Notes under the pieces: generated by a model
Database searches by the model: none
Seen by the model: the letters and a program-made list of their open reading frames with translations, nothing else
Told to the model about the DNA's origin: nothing
Program-made: the position numbers and the translations under genes
Source of the DNA: the human T2T-CHM13v2.0 reference genome, Homo sapiens
Assembly (NCBI RefSeq): GCF_009914755.1
Contig: NC_060941.1
Length of the DNA: 64,000 bases
Reading direction: 5' to 3' (one strand)
Shown here: positions 28,585 through 42,044 of the stretch, in pieces
Position numbering within the stretch: position 1 is the stretch's first letter
How the letters are laid out: every line of letters starts with the position of its first letter

Positions 28585-28772
28585 ATCAGCCTGACTTCTA
28601 TAGTCTTAATATTTATTAATCCCATAAAATTAATCCTTTGGTTATTCAAAAATATGAAAAGGAAATATGATTCTTAGGAGTGCATCAAATGGTTTACATT
28701 TTTATAGGTTGCTTTATTGGCTCTGACTTTTGCGTAATGAGGTTGGTCTATTAAAAGTGTTTTTTCTCACAG

Positions 28773-28844
28773 AAGGTGACAAAGTACAATTTGAAGAATT
28801 TGCAAAAGTAGTAAGGAATATGCGTGATGCTGCCAGGTTAGAAG
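28773..28844 (+). CDS. EFCAB13: EFCAB13 coding exon (72 nt) EGDKVQFEEFAKVVRNMRDAARLE
   Basis: tttctcacag|AA acceptor, GAAG|gtaagt donor. VQFEEF is EF-hand-like. Confidence 0.9.
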
Positions 28845-30518
28845 GTAAGTACTGAATTATTTATAACGGTTAGATTTACTTTTATTGAAAGGACTTGCTT
28901 TTGTTTTTGTTTTTAATGCTGTGTGTTCACCTAATTTCTGGTTAACATGTTGGCATTGATATGTTTATACGCAGATGAAAGTTGGTTTTGATTAAACATT
29001 GGCTGGCCTATAGGAACTTGGCTTTCAGAATGTATCCTTCATTACTAACTGATAAAGCTGGTTTACTCTGTCTAGACTATTTGTTAAAGAACTTGGAGGA
29101 GCCAAGAGAATAGGCATAGTATGAAGTTCTATGCCTTCTTTCAGTATCTACACATGTAATTTTAAGGGAATATGGTCAGTGTCTGACCTTGAAATTTAAG
29201 ATTTTAGAGGTGGAATAGACAATTCTAGGTAATGATAAGGATTAAGGGTAGCCATTGGTGTGGATGACTTTGGAAAGGAAATAAAGGCCTTTTGAAGTTA
29301 AGAGGTCAAAGTGCTCTGAGGCCAGGCTCATCCTTATTATCATTGGATGATATTGGGATGAGAGGTAGAAGGAGGATTATGATCAAAGTGCCAAAATCCT
29401 CAGAGAATGTGAAGGAGTGATCAGACAGTAATCAATACTGTTGTCAGGAGAGTGGCATAGTTGAATAACAGGCCTGAGCCTCATGGGAGAGGGATAAGGT
29501 TTGATTGAAGGTGGAACTAAAATGGCCTGATAGCAGCAGCAGAAAGACAGGAAAATGCTATTCTGCTTCCTGGTCTTACAGTATGTGGAGCATGGGAGGA
29601 TGAGCAGACTCTACTCAAGGTGGTTGTGCAAAGAAACTGTTTTTGAAGGAAATCAAGTGCTAAGGCAAGAAAGCAGAGCTGATACAGGTTTTCTGGGTGT
29701 CAGCAAAGCTCAGATTGCCATCTGTAGTTGCATCCCAGTGATGTTAGAGGAATAGAAAGTGAGGCAGGACATAAGACTTAAACTGTGATTACTATTTGCA
29801 GCTAGTTTCTGTTGACTTTAATAATAATAATAAAACTAATTTTATTCTATAAATATGACATTTATTGAGGCATTATATGTCTAATGCTATCTTAAGTACT
29901 TTTTATACATTGTTATATTTACTCTCCACATCAACCTTGTGAGGCAGATAGTATTATCCCATTTTAGACGAGACATTAAGTAGTAATAATTTGCTCACAG
30001 TTGCACAGTTCCAGGTTACAAATCCTGGAGCCAGACTTTGAATGCTGGTCTGACTTAACCAGTGCTGGAAATAAAGCAACATTCCAGACACTAGGGTACA
30101 ATTGGGTCCTGGTGGAACTGAAAAGGAAAACTGAATGAGCCCTTGTAAATCTTGTCTCATATTTTACGTTTTTCATAATTCTGAAAGTTATTTTGCCTAT
30201 ATCTGATGAGTTAATTTTATTTGATATCATTAGAGGTCCACAGCAAAATAATTACTTTGTATAATTGCAGTGAAAAATTCAGCTATATGAGTGATTTTGG
30301 TTGTGCAAATTTTATAAACGCACCAGAGAAACGTGATAGATCAAGAGAACTCTTTGCACATTGTGCTGCTGGCCATAGAATTCTATGAGGGGAGAATTTC
30401 TCTCTGAGATTTCTTATTCCTCAGTTCAGGATACAATAATAAACTATGGATTTCCACTAACAAATGTCTTGAGTGATGGCTACTGCTTTTTATTAATTAA
30501 CTTTTTTTCTATTTATAG

Positions 30519-30662
30519 AGTTACAGGAAGTTGTCTTAGCTGCTGATTTGCTGGAAGGTGACATGATAGCTGGGAAGAACTTGGAAGACTTTCTAAGAAA
30601 TGTTGGGATTAAGTCACCTAAAGAAGAGGTAGAGAAAATTCTTCAATCAGATTTTGTTTCTG
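30519..30662 (+). CDS. EFCAB13: EFCAB13 coding exon (144 nt) ELQEVVLAADLLEGDMIAGK...QSDFVS
   Basis: ctatttatag|AG acceptor, TCTG|gtaagc donor, open frame. Confidence 0.9.
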
Positions 30663-31202
30663 GTAAGCATTTTAAATATTACTCTCAGGTTTTTTTTTTG
30701 TAGGAGTAAAGAAGATGTGCAAGGTCTATAGGTATTTGCTTATGTTACTATAAATGTAATCTTTGAAACGGAGCCTTTCCTCTTAATTTCCTCTTTTGCA
30801 GTTATGAGAATACTTCTATACAAGCGGGTCTAGATTTTGTGGAAGTGGGCTTGTTAGAATGCTCTGTCCTCATTGCTATCTTGATTTAGCGAATGAAAAA
30901 CATCTTAGGAATTCAAGTTCTGTGAATAGAAATCCTAGCTTTGCCACCTTTGACCAAATTACTGGTCAGAGTTACTGGGGCTTTCTTTGTACTTCAGTTC
31001 CCATTATAGGTAGAATCAGAACTTAGTATACCTACAACATTGTAGGGTTATTGCGAGGCTTAATGGATGAAAATGAATCTAAAAGTACCTTGTAAATAAA
31101 ATGTTCGAGAAATATATAAGTCATATGCTGATTTTGACACTAGCCTTTAAGTATTACTTTGTCTAGGGGTTCTTGTTTGTCATCTCTCTCTTTTCCTTGC
31201 AG

Positions 31203-31274
31203 AAGATAACATGGTGAACATTAAAGACTGTATGAGGGCTTTGAGGGACACCCAGAAATTTTCCAATTATATTG
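31203..31274 (+). CDS. EFCAB13: EFCAB13 coding exon (72 nt) EDNMVNIKDCMRALRDTQKFSNYI
   Basis: tttccttgcag|AA acceptor, ATTG|gtaaga donor. Confidence 0.9.
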
Positions 31275-32691
31275 GTAAGAGCTTTATGGTAATACTGTTA
31301 GAAGGCAATGATACAGAACTTATTCAAAGTTCACCTAGTAAAACCCTAAATTTGGTGTTTAAATCTTCTTTATAGTATCTGTGCCAAATGTTTGCTTCAT
31401 GTGTACTTGAACACTTTCAGTTATGGGGAACTTCCTACATTTTATTTTGAAATTTAAGAATTGTACATTTGTGATTGGAGATGGGAAAAATAACAAGAGT
31501 ATGATCTTTTCCAATAGTTAAAATAAGACATCTTTATTATATGAATGAATAGTTCTTTTTAATGCTGTAAAAAACTTAAATGACCAGGAATGTAAGAAGT
31601 ATAAAGTGCAAGTCTCTTGTAACATTAATGTTACCCTTCAGAAATATCCCTATGAAGCTTTGGTAAATATCCTTTTAGGCTTTCTTCTTTACATCTGTCC
31701 ATAATATTGCACAACTTGAGTGCAATATATGACAGTATATCTTAGATATAATTCTGTGTTCCACTATATTATGTAAACCTACCTCATTCTTTTAAAAGAC
31801 TGCATAATGTTATACTAGAGGAATGAACTATAATTTTGTCCACAATACTTTTAATAAATATTTAGGTTATTGCCATTTTTTTACTATTACAAACATTTGG
31901 TGAGTATCCTTGTACATATATCTTTGTGCACGTTGCACACAATTTTTCTGTAGGGCAAATTCCTTAGAAGTGGACTTGCTGGGCCAAAGTATTTTTAGAT
32001 GTAAAATGTTAACAAGCTACTGCCTAATTACCCTCCTAAAGATTTGTGGAAATTCACACTTTTATCAACAGGGGGTATTATTTATTTAAAATTCTGATAG
32101 GAGCATTAATACTTTGTCTTACCCATTTCACGTTTTTTTCTAGTTTATTTTTGATTTTTTGACTTTGATGGATTGCTTTTTGCCATCTTTTGTTTCATTT
32201 TGTCAGTTTGGTAATTTGATTCTTCCAGGAAATTTTAAATTGTATTGAGGTTAAAATGACTTAGACTATTAGGACAGCCCTATGCACTTCTAATTCTTTT
32301 CATTTTTTTGTATATATGGTTATTTCTCATTCTTAAATTTATATATATAGGTATATATATAACTTTTTTCTTTGCTACTGAATGTTCTATTATCTCTGTT
32401 TTTAAAGTACTAGCTCTTGGGTTTATCTTTAGCGTTTCTATTTATAGTTTAAAAATTAATTTCTGATTTTACCTTTAGTAAGTCCTTTATATTGTTCCCT
32501 TATGCTCATTTAATAGTTTTTCTAATTTCTTGTTTAAATTATTTATTTACTTTATTTTTTTTCTTACTGGGTAATAAACATGTTTAAGGCAGTCAATTTT
32601 CATTTTAGTGAAACTTTGGTGTATCTAACAGTCTTTGACTTGTTAGGCTATTATTATGGTTATTTTATAAATATTTCCAGTTGCATTTTGA

Positions 32692-33046
<355 letters not shown>

Positions 33047-34170
33047 AAATTTCAAAGCAATTTAAATGTCATTGTTGCCTTAAGTTTGTTTTTTATATCT
33101 AGTTGTATTTTATTGTGGTCAGAGAATGAGGTCTGTAATAGACGGTTTGATAGTTCCCTAGTTCATTAGAGACAGAATTCCCTCAACTTTTATATTTACT
33201 ATTTAACAATCAAAATAAAATTAGTTGGTTGCAGGGATACGCTAGGTAAGGTACATTCACTCATTTCACTCTTTGTCTTGGAAGTCCTTATGACTTTTTG
33301 AAGTAGCTCATTCTATAATTTTCGACAGCTATAGAACTAGAACATTATTCCACATATTTGGTGGAAATTTCCTGGAACCATATTTGACATTTGGACTCTT
33401 CCTCCCATTAATAGCCTTCCAGAAATGTCAAGATAACTCACATGTTCTCTTTCCTTCCCACTAAATGAATCTTCTCTCTAGACTCAAATATCCCTTCAAC
33501 TCTTCTTCACTGACCTGTTTTTGAAACTTCTTACCAATGACAAATGACTATATCATAGAACAAAATCCTGAGAGATGCCTTTTTAGGAATATACTTTGGA
33601 AATGTGAACTTTTAACATTTTTTTAAATCAAGGGAGGTCAGCCATGGTCTTCTTAGTCCAAATGTTTGTGACTGTGCTAAACATAAGAGGCTGTGATGAT
33701 TCTCTAAAATGGGTGAAGTTAGCTGACAGGAACAAGGGATGCAGGGAAGGAAAGAGAAAAATTGGCATTTAGGAGGAGTTATGAGGAATGAAGGGGACTT
33801 TACTGAAATGGTGCGCTTATTAACAGAATAACTAGGGAAACTTTAGCATACTTTTGTCTGTAGCAGAATAGCTCACCTCAAACCCAGACATTTAACAAAT
33901 CAATTTTAAGAATAAAGAAAAGGGTTATTTTTAACTATTAGAGCTACAAATAGAAAGCTATTGGAGTGGAGAAAACTATTGAAGTAGAGTTATAGAAAAT
34001 TATCAGAGTGGAGAATGGACCACTCTAAATATTTAAATGGCCACATGTGACTGGTGACTGCCTTATTCGACAGTGTAGATCTCAAAGAGGCCATCAATTT
34101 TATTGTTATGCTCAAAAGACTTAGATCCATGGACTGAATTACATGTTGTATGTATATTCTCTGTTTGTAG

Positions 34171-34320
34171 CATTGAATGAGACTATCAATACATTGGACT
34201 CCACGAAAGAAAATTGTCAGTTTGACAAAGACAAAAATCCAGATGTACTTGAAAACACTGATAGGCTTTCTTTTACTGATGACATACTTCAAGAAGTAAT
34301 GGATGACTCCTTTGTTGAAG
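34171..34320 (+). pseudogene. Fossil (pseudo)exon of EFCAB13: 150 nt, open, phase 1-1, donor mutated to ATGAGT
   Basis: ctctgtttgtag|CA acceptor. Translates ALNETINTLDSTKENCQFDKDKNPDVLENTDRLSFTDDILQEVMDDSFVE. Ends GAAG|atgagt, one base from GAAG|gtgagt. It fills the missing long-exon slot in the long/short module. Confidence 0.7.
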
Positions 34321-35009
34321 ATGAGTTGATTTGACAGACAACCAGCAGCTTGTATAAAAAATTTCTTCTGAATTTTATTTAGTTTTTTGTTTTTTGTTTG
34401 TTTTTTGTTTTTTAATTTAGGGAGGTCAGCCATGGGCTTTCTGGTCCAAATGTTTGATATTACTGTTCTTCTAAATTTTTATCCAAGGATTTCAAACTAT
34501 TTTACCAAGTATTATTTAAGTCTTAATACTTGGCCCCTAAATCACACCATAAACTTGTTGGACACTTTACTGTAGACCATATTCAGGTCTATGTGTTATA
34601 TGTGCCCACAGAGATTTAGTCATTACAGTATCAAATTTCTGGGTGATCTGATGACCTGGATTGTAAAATTGATCTCAGAGTATTTATATATTTGTGGCAT
34701 GGCTTTGAAGAATAATTTTATTTCAAAGTTAATCCTTTTCCTTTTATGTGTTTTAGAGAGGTCTTAATGGTTTTGTAGCTTTCTGTTTTTGGATGAAAGG
34801 CCCTTTGAGAAGTGCAAGGTATTGTTGAAAAATTAATGTTTATTTCTATAGCCAGTTGTAAGTGTCGAGTTGTTGTTTACTTTATTTACAAAGAATTTAC
34901 CTGATCCATCTATATAGCCTCAGCTTGGATGTACTGAGATAGAGTTTACCCCATATTTAGAAAGCCATTTCCTGCCTTTAAATTTAGCTTCAGCTGAAAA
35001 ATGTAATCA

Positions 35010-35320
35010 GGCTGGGGGAAGTGGCTCATACCTATACTCTTAGCACTTTGGGAGGCCAAGGCGGGCAGATCACCTGAGGTCAGGAGTTTGAGAGCAATCT
35101 GACCAACATGGTGAAATCCCGTCTCTACTAAAAAAATACAAAAATTAGCCTGGCATGGTGGCCCATGCCTGTAGTTGCAGCTACTTGGGAGGCTGAGGCA
35201 CGAGAATGCTTGAACCCAGGGGGCAGAGGTTACAGTGAGCCAAGATCACGTCATTGTACTCCAGTCGGGGCGACAGAGCAAGACTCCATCTCAAGTAAAT
35301 AAATAAATACAAAATAAAAA
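35010..35320 (+). mobile_element. AluSx-like
   Basis: Dimeric Alu with gatcacctgaggtcaggag. Confidence 0.88.
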
Positions 35321-35329
35321 GTATAATCA

Positions 35330-35545
35330 AATCCCCCATTGCCCCCCACCTCACACCAGAGAATATTTGGCAATATCTAGAGACAGTGTTGGTTATCACA
35401 ACTGATGGGAGAGGACTACTGGCATCTAGTGAATAGAGGCAAGGGTTGCTGCTAAACATCCTACAATTTACAGGATAATACCCTTGCCCCCCCCAATAAT
35501 TATCTGGCCAAAAATATTAATAGTGCCTAGGTTCAGCAATCCTGT
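35330..35545. mobile_element. MER20 (hAT) DNA transposon relic
   Basis: Motifs atttggcaatatctagagac, ctactggcatctagt, tgctgctaaacatcctacaat. Confidence 0.7.
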
Positions 35546-36287
35546 TTAGAGTTATCATGTAAAATTGCCCAAACCTATTATTTTGAAAGTACTTTTTATA
35601 GGTTATTTGTTTTGTTTATCCTGCTTAAAACAAAAATACAAATTAAGGCAAATATAATTTATGTGTATTCTAACCTCTGTTTGTTTCAGGGTAATACCTG
35701 GGCTAGCTGTGAGTTATTCTAAACTGTTCTTTAATACAATAGAGTCCATCTATGCAAATGGACAGATTTTATTTCTATCGTTTGTTCCTCAGATCTCTAC
35801 ACCAACTTGCATCTCTGTAGGAAGTATGTGGAGTGAATGGGTATAATGTAATACCCATTCATTAATTACATTTAATTAAGTAATGGGTATAATGTTCTTA
35901 GGAAAAATTCTGGGACTAGATAGTAGATAGGTAGGTAAGAGATCAAGAAGGACAATTTAGACTAATAATTAAGGATTTTATTGAATAGACCGGCTGGGGA
36001 TTAACTTCTCCCCTTAGGGAGAAAGGAAGCATCTGTGACATTAGAAACTGCCACATTTAAGGAGTTGGTGGAAGATAACCATGAAGGAGCCCAAGTAGTA
36101 AGCAAAGAGTGAGGAGAGAATGGATATTTTGGGAGCCAGGGAACAACTTTTGAGAAGAAGGGAATGGTTATCAATGATAAATGTTAGTGGGAAAAGAAGT
36201 ATTCAATCTATCCATTGGTTTCCTTTCAAACAGGGTAAGATCAGGATGCCATTCCTCATTGTGTAATGTCTCTCTCTAAATTTGCAG

Positions 36288-36332
36288 ATTTCAGGAAAGA
36301 GGCTTCAAATCTAAAATTACCAAAGGTAAACG
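36288..36332 (+). CDS. EFCAB13: EFCAB13 coding exon (45 nt) DFRKEASNLKLPKVN
   Basis: aaatttgcag|AT acceptor, AACG|gtgagt donor, phase 1-1. Confidence 0.85.
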
Positions 36333-36702
36333 GTGAGTAAGAACTTTGTATATGAGAAAATTTTCAATAATAAGAGATATTTTTTAGAATAATTGCCAAG
36401 TACCAATGTATTTCTCATTTTTCCTGCTGACTTCAGCCAGATTACTATTTTTCCACAATAGTAATCTGATCATGTTACCTCCCCCTATTTATAACTCTTC
36501 AAACATTTCCTGTTATTAGGATAAAAATTAAAATCCTCCATGCCCTATCTTTCTAGCGTTATTTTGTACCATTATCCTTGCTTTCTGTACTTCAACTAAA
36601 TTGGCTTTACTTTAGTTCCTTAGATACTCCCCTTTCCTCCCACTACAAGACTTTTGCATATTCTATTCCCTGGAATATTCTTCCCTGATCCTCTTTGCCT
36701 AC

Positions 36703-37465
36703 TGTTGTAGTCTGTTTTGTGTTGCTGTAACAGAATACCACAGACTGGATAATTTGTATAAAAAAAAAAAAGAGATTCATTTCTTACAATTCTAGAGGCT
36801 GGGAAATCCAAGGTCAAGAGGCCCACATCTAGTGAGGGCCTTATTGCTGTGTCATACTATGGCAGAAGGCAGAAGGGCAAGAAAGTTTGAGAGAGCAAGA
36901 GAGCAAGAGGAGACTGAACTTACTTTCATAATAAGCCCACTCTTGCAATAACTAAATCACTGACATTAATCTATTCATGAGGGCAGAGCCTTTGTGACTT
37001 AATCACCTCTTATTAGGCCTGACCTGTCAACACTGTTGCATTGGGGATTAAGTTTTCAGCACATAAACTTTGGGGGACACAATCAAACCATAGCATTCCA
37101 TCCCTGGCCCTCAAAATTCATGCCCTTTTCATGTACAAAATACATTCATTCCATCTTGGTAGCCCCAAAACTCTTAACTTGTTCCCGTGCCAACTCAAAA
37201 GTCCAAATTCCAGAGTCTCATCTTAATCAGATGGGTGAGACTCAAGGTACAATTCTTCTTGAGGCAAATTCTCCTCCAGCAGTAAGTCTGTGAAGTTAGC
37301 AAGTTACATGCTTCCAAAACACACAGGCATAGGATAGACATATCCATTCCAAGAGGGAGAAATGAGTGAGAAGAAAGGGATAATTGGTCCCAAGTAAGTC
37401 CGAAACCAAAAAGGGAAAACAACATTAAGTCTGAAAGCTGGAGAATAATCTCTTTTGACTCCATG
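36703..37465. mobile_element. MaLR (MST-type) LTR (36703-37095) plus internal fragment
   Basis: Begins tgttgtagtctgttttgtgttgctgtaacagaataccacagactgg and ends aaaccatagca, followed by MST-int-like sequence. Confidence 0.75.
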
Positions 37466-38449
37466 AGTCAATTATAGAAAAGCCTATCATCAGTGGCTAG
37501 TATAGGTCAGAATTTTTTGTTTCCTTTGTTATATGCTGTTATTAAATTCTGTCCATTTCATAGCACTTATTTCATATTATAAATATCCGTTTCTGTTTTC
37601 GATTATTTGATTAATATCTCTTCCTCCCACTTGCCTGGTATCATTGGGCCAAGGAATATGTCTCCTCTTTGCTTTCCATTGTATCTCCAGGACCTAGCAG
37701 AGTCCTGGCTCTTTAATTAGACTCTTAAGGTTAACTAATATTAACATCTGATACTTATGTAATATTTACTATGCTATTGTTCCAAATCTTTTGTTGTTAA
37801 CTCATAATCATGAATATTTTTTGAATGAATGACTGAATAGATTTGTCTTCTTATCTCTTCAGACTCACCGTTTATCATTTCTGCATTTGTATTTATTCTG
37901 TAGTCATACTACTTAGCACAATTTAAATTGGCTCTATTTGCTTTTGCATTTATTTGCATATACTGTTTCCTTTGGATACATTCCCTGACAGACAAACTGA
38001 CATTTCCCCCCCAAACTCAGTTCAAATGTCATTTCTGATGCCATAAGACTTCCTTCCCAGAGTTCATCACTTTTTAAATCTAGGTTAGGTGAACCTTCTC
38101 AGTGCTTCCATAATTTTGTGTGTGTATTTTTCTCATATCACTTACTATATGATATATTATAATTTTGTTTATAGATATGACAGATTTAGTCTCCCTTATC
38201 AAGGAATTTACTTGAAACTCTTTGATACGAGGGACTGAATATTTTATTGTTGATCTTAGAAGCTGTAAAATAACTGTTAGTAGAATGAATGTAGGTCTAA
38301 GATGATATTATGGTGTTCTTTCCAAGTGATCTCCATGAAGGCTTAGATCTCCTGGTGTAATGCAACAATTTTCAGCATATGGAAACATAGACAACTTCAT
38401 GTGGAGGTTGAGGGAGAAATTGATTGAGAAATGGTACAGATGAAAAATT

Positions 38450-38770
38450 AGGCTGGGTTTGGTGTCTGATGCCTGTAATCTCAGCACTTTGGGAGGCTGA
38501 CGCCGGTGGATCACTTGAGCTCAGGAGTTCGAGACCAGTCTGGCCAACATGGCGAAACCCCGTCTCTACTAAAAATATTTAAAAAATTAGCCATGTATGG
38601 TGGCACATGCCTGTAATCCCAGCTACTTGGGAGGCTGAGGCAGGAGAATGGCATGAACCAGGAAGCAGAGTTTGCAGTGAGCTGAGATGGCACCACTGCA
38701 CTCCAGCCTGGGTGACAGAGTGAGACTCCATCTCAAAAACAAAAACAAACAGACAAAAACCAGAAAAATT
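38450..38770 (+). mobile_element. AluS
   Basis: Dimeric Alu with an A-rich tail. Confidence 0.88.
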
Positions 38771-39413
38771 AAAAAGCACATAATGATTATGTTTTATATT
38801 TTAAATTGGTGTGAGATCAACAGGACTGCCCCGTTTGGTTATGTGAGTTGTGCTTTGCACAAAGGTGCCTGTTGAGAGAGCATAAGTGGAGGCTGAAATG
38901 CAGTTCATACTCCAAGCCTTGAACCTCTGTGCTGGATTGCAGTTGCCTAGTGAAAGGTACCCTTTTTTGTAACTAATGCATAGAGAGGAGGTGCCTTTTC
39001 CCAATTCACACAAAAGCACAGTATGAACTATCTGAGGCCCTGGGGATCAAGAGGTTCAATCTCAAATTTTAGCCTTTGTTTACATCATCAGGTGGTAGAA
39101 ATCTTTAGATCTACATGTACAGGGAGGCATGTAGCTCATTCAGTTTTTAATGGATGAATGAATGAAGACAAAGTCTTATTATAATACATGTCAATAGCCC
39201 ATCATATTATTCTCTTTGCCATAATGTTTTTTAGTTTCAAGTGCTGCTTGAGGGAAGTGGGCCATCAGTTACAAATAGAAAATATTGTGTTTCCTTTGGA
39301 GAGATTTTGATTCAGATAAATATTTAATTTGAGGTTTACCTATGGTAGATTTTGGACAAATTATTTTGAATGTTTTTTACACCATAATAGCTTGTGTACA
39401 TTTATCTTTGTAG

Positions 39414-39557
39414 AGATTAAAGAAGCTGCTAACATCTTGTCACATGTCGATAATGGCAAGATTGGTATACCTGATTTGGAGCATGCCTTGAAATGTTTGA
39501 ATGTTAATTTAACTGAGGAGGACTTCAATGAAGCCCTTAACTGTTGTAACGTCAGTG
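39414..39557 (+). CDS. EFCAB13: EFCAB13 coding exon (144 nt) EIKEAANILSHVDNGKIGIPDL...NCCNVS
   Basis: tatctttgtag|AG acceptor, AGTG|gtgagc donor. DNGKIGIPDL is EF-hand-like. Confidence 0.9.
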
Positions 39558-41072
39558 GTGAGCATTTTTTTGGCCTGAGATTCTTTTCATTTTTTTTCTA
39601 CTTATGAAAAATAGTCTTAGAGTGTACCTATAAGGATAAGATGCTAATGGGAGTCATTTTTCTTTTGGAGGCTTAGGTTGATACAAATTAGAGCCAAACC
39701 ACTCTACTAATTTAAATATTTATTGAACATATCTATTCATACTCATATGGATACTATATGTGCTTATTTAATTACCATTCATTACTTATAAGCATGGGTG
39801 GAAAAATACCATAAATTGTATAATAAAAACATGACAACAGCAGCTTATTTTGATATGCAATCTTTTTCAGAGGAGATCTGCTTTCATTTTTTTTTACAGT
39901 ACTTGCTCCATTTTGATTTTTAACCAAATAAAATGTGGGAGGGCTCACTACATTTAAAAATAAGTTATTTAGTTTTAGTGATTGTTTTCAAGTAGTCCAT
40001 ATTTACCTTTGTTTTCTGTCTTTGACTTCATGTAATATGTACTTGATCTCCTTTCCTATACACATTTACTTTTAGGAAGTCAAATCATTTGAGAGTACTT
40101 CTAGAAGCTGCTGAGTTCTGTTGGTTTTTGGCGAACTTTTATTTTGGGCTTATCTTAACCAATTTGTGTCTGGGAATCCTGTGAGTCCTAGGTTTAAGAA
40201 TACCTCTCCAGTACAGTTTAGTTATTGATTTTGCCAGGTTCCCCAGATTGTTATTCACCTAGATCAATTTTTATGTTTTGATCTCAGTTTTCTCACATCA
40301 TCAGAGTGGTATAAATTTAGACTTCACACCCACATGAGATGCATGCTGGGCCTTCAATTTCTCACAAGAGATTTTTTTTTTCCACTGTCTTTCAGAATTG
40401 GGAAGATTTAGGCCTCCTTGTTTATTTGAGTCAATAAATATAGTATTTTAATTTCTTTTTTAAAAAACCAGGATTGAAACCCTTTAAGCATTTCAGTTTT
40501 ATTTGATATCTAAGTTCCTAACCTTATTTTTATGGGCTCGAATCTTTTTTTCTGACTCTGTATGAACATTTAAATCAAGCACCTAGCCATTTCTGGGTCT
40601 CATCTCTATCCCAAAGATAGTTTTGGTGTTAGTACTCAATGCTTAGCATTCTGGACCTCAGTTCCCAGTTAACTTTTTGTTATTTCCTTCATATGACTCA
40701 GTCACACATCCATGGAATGTTATATGTCATAGAGCATCTCTAGGGGTTTGTAGTGGGATGGTTTCTGTGCTACCCAGGTCTGCCATTTTGTTTAAACTCA
40801 AAGTCTCCTTAATATAATTATAGCCCTAGATTGTCTGCTGTGTCACATTATTGCACCTTACTTCACTTGTGACTGTGTATGTGTGTGTGTGTGCACGTGC
40901 GTGTGTGTGTGTGTACATGTACATGTGCATGTATGTGTGTATTCTAATAACATTGTCTCCTCTGGCCTTAGACTGCATCAATTAAAATACAACCTCTTAA
41001 CATTTCCTGACTTTGTGACCTGGACAAGTTATTTAATTTCCATTTGCTTTCATCTTTCAAAAATAGGCATGC

Positions 41073-41166
41073 AGAACCTGGGAGGCGGAGCTTGCAGTGA
41101 GCAGAGATTGCGCCACTGCACTCCAGCCTGGGCAACAGAGCGAGACTCCATCTCAAAAAAAAAAAA
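41073..41166 (+). mobile_element. Heavily 5'-truncated AluY inserted in a MIR
   Basis: TSD aaaaataggcatgc at 41059-41072 and 41167-41180. Confidence 0.88.
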
Positions 41167-41489
41167 AAAAATAGGCATGCGAAGAGTATGCACATCACAG
41201 AATTATTATGACGATTACATGATTTAATATATGTAAAACACCATAAAAGGGTTCTTAGTATATATAAGGAACTCAAAAATGTTAGCTATTGTTTGCTAGT
41301 AATATTATTAACTATTCACTGGGTGGTTTTAAAAAGTGTTAAAAGTTCTATTGAAATAGTTTCAATCATTTGAGACAGAAAAGTGAGCTAGAGTGAAATT
41401 TTAGCTAACTATTGTAAATCGGTCTTTATTTCATGTGCCAATTCAGTATCAGGTTTTTAATGTCAGCATTTTTTACTTTGACCTTCCAG

Positions 41490-41561
41490 ATAATATGGAG
41501 GTGGATTTAAAAGATTTCTTAATGAAAATGAAAGAAAGTCCACATTTCCAAAAGTCCAAGG
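41490..41561 (+). CDS. EFCAB13: EFCAB13 coding exon (72 nt) DNMEVDLKDFLMKMKESPHFQKSK
   Basis: tttgaccttccag|AT acceptor, AAGG|gtaagt donor. Confidence 0.9.
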
Positions 41562-41633
41562 GTAAGTGAATACTTCTTGTTCAAGAGAATGGCTAGAAAA
41601 TAAATATTTAAAAATGACATTTAAAAATGAAAG

Positions 41634-42044
41634 GTCCAACAGTGATAGACTGGATTAAGAAAATGTGGCACATAGACACCATGGAATACTATGCAGCCAT
41701 AAAAAATGATGAGTTCATGTCCTTTGTAGGGACATGGATGAAATTGGAAATTATCATTCTCAGTAAACTATCACAAGAACAAAAAACCAAACACCGCATA
41801 TTCTCACTCATAGGTGGGAATTGAACAATGAGAACACATGGACACAGGAAGGGGAACATCACACTCTGGGGACTGTTATGGGGTGGGGGGACAGGGGAGG
41901 GATAGCTTTAGGAGATATACCTAATGCTAAATGACGAGTTAATGGGTGCAGCACACCAGCATGGCACATGTATACATATGTAACTAACCTGCACATTGTG
42001 CACATGTACCCTAAAACTTAAAGTATAATAATAATAAAAAAAAG
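41634..42044 (+). mobile_element. 5'-truncated L1PA3/4-like 3' end, about 70 nt downstream of an exon donor
   Basis: IDWIKKMWHI...SLIGGN ORF2 C-terminus, L1 3'UTR, AATAAA and A-tail. Confidence 0.9.

Noticed and set aside
31703-32361. Short palindromes (atattgcac..gtgcaatat; ttatatatata..tatatatataa)
   Set aside because: Expected by chance in AT-rich, low-complexity DNA.
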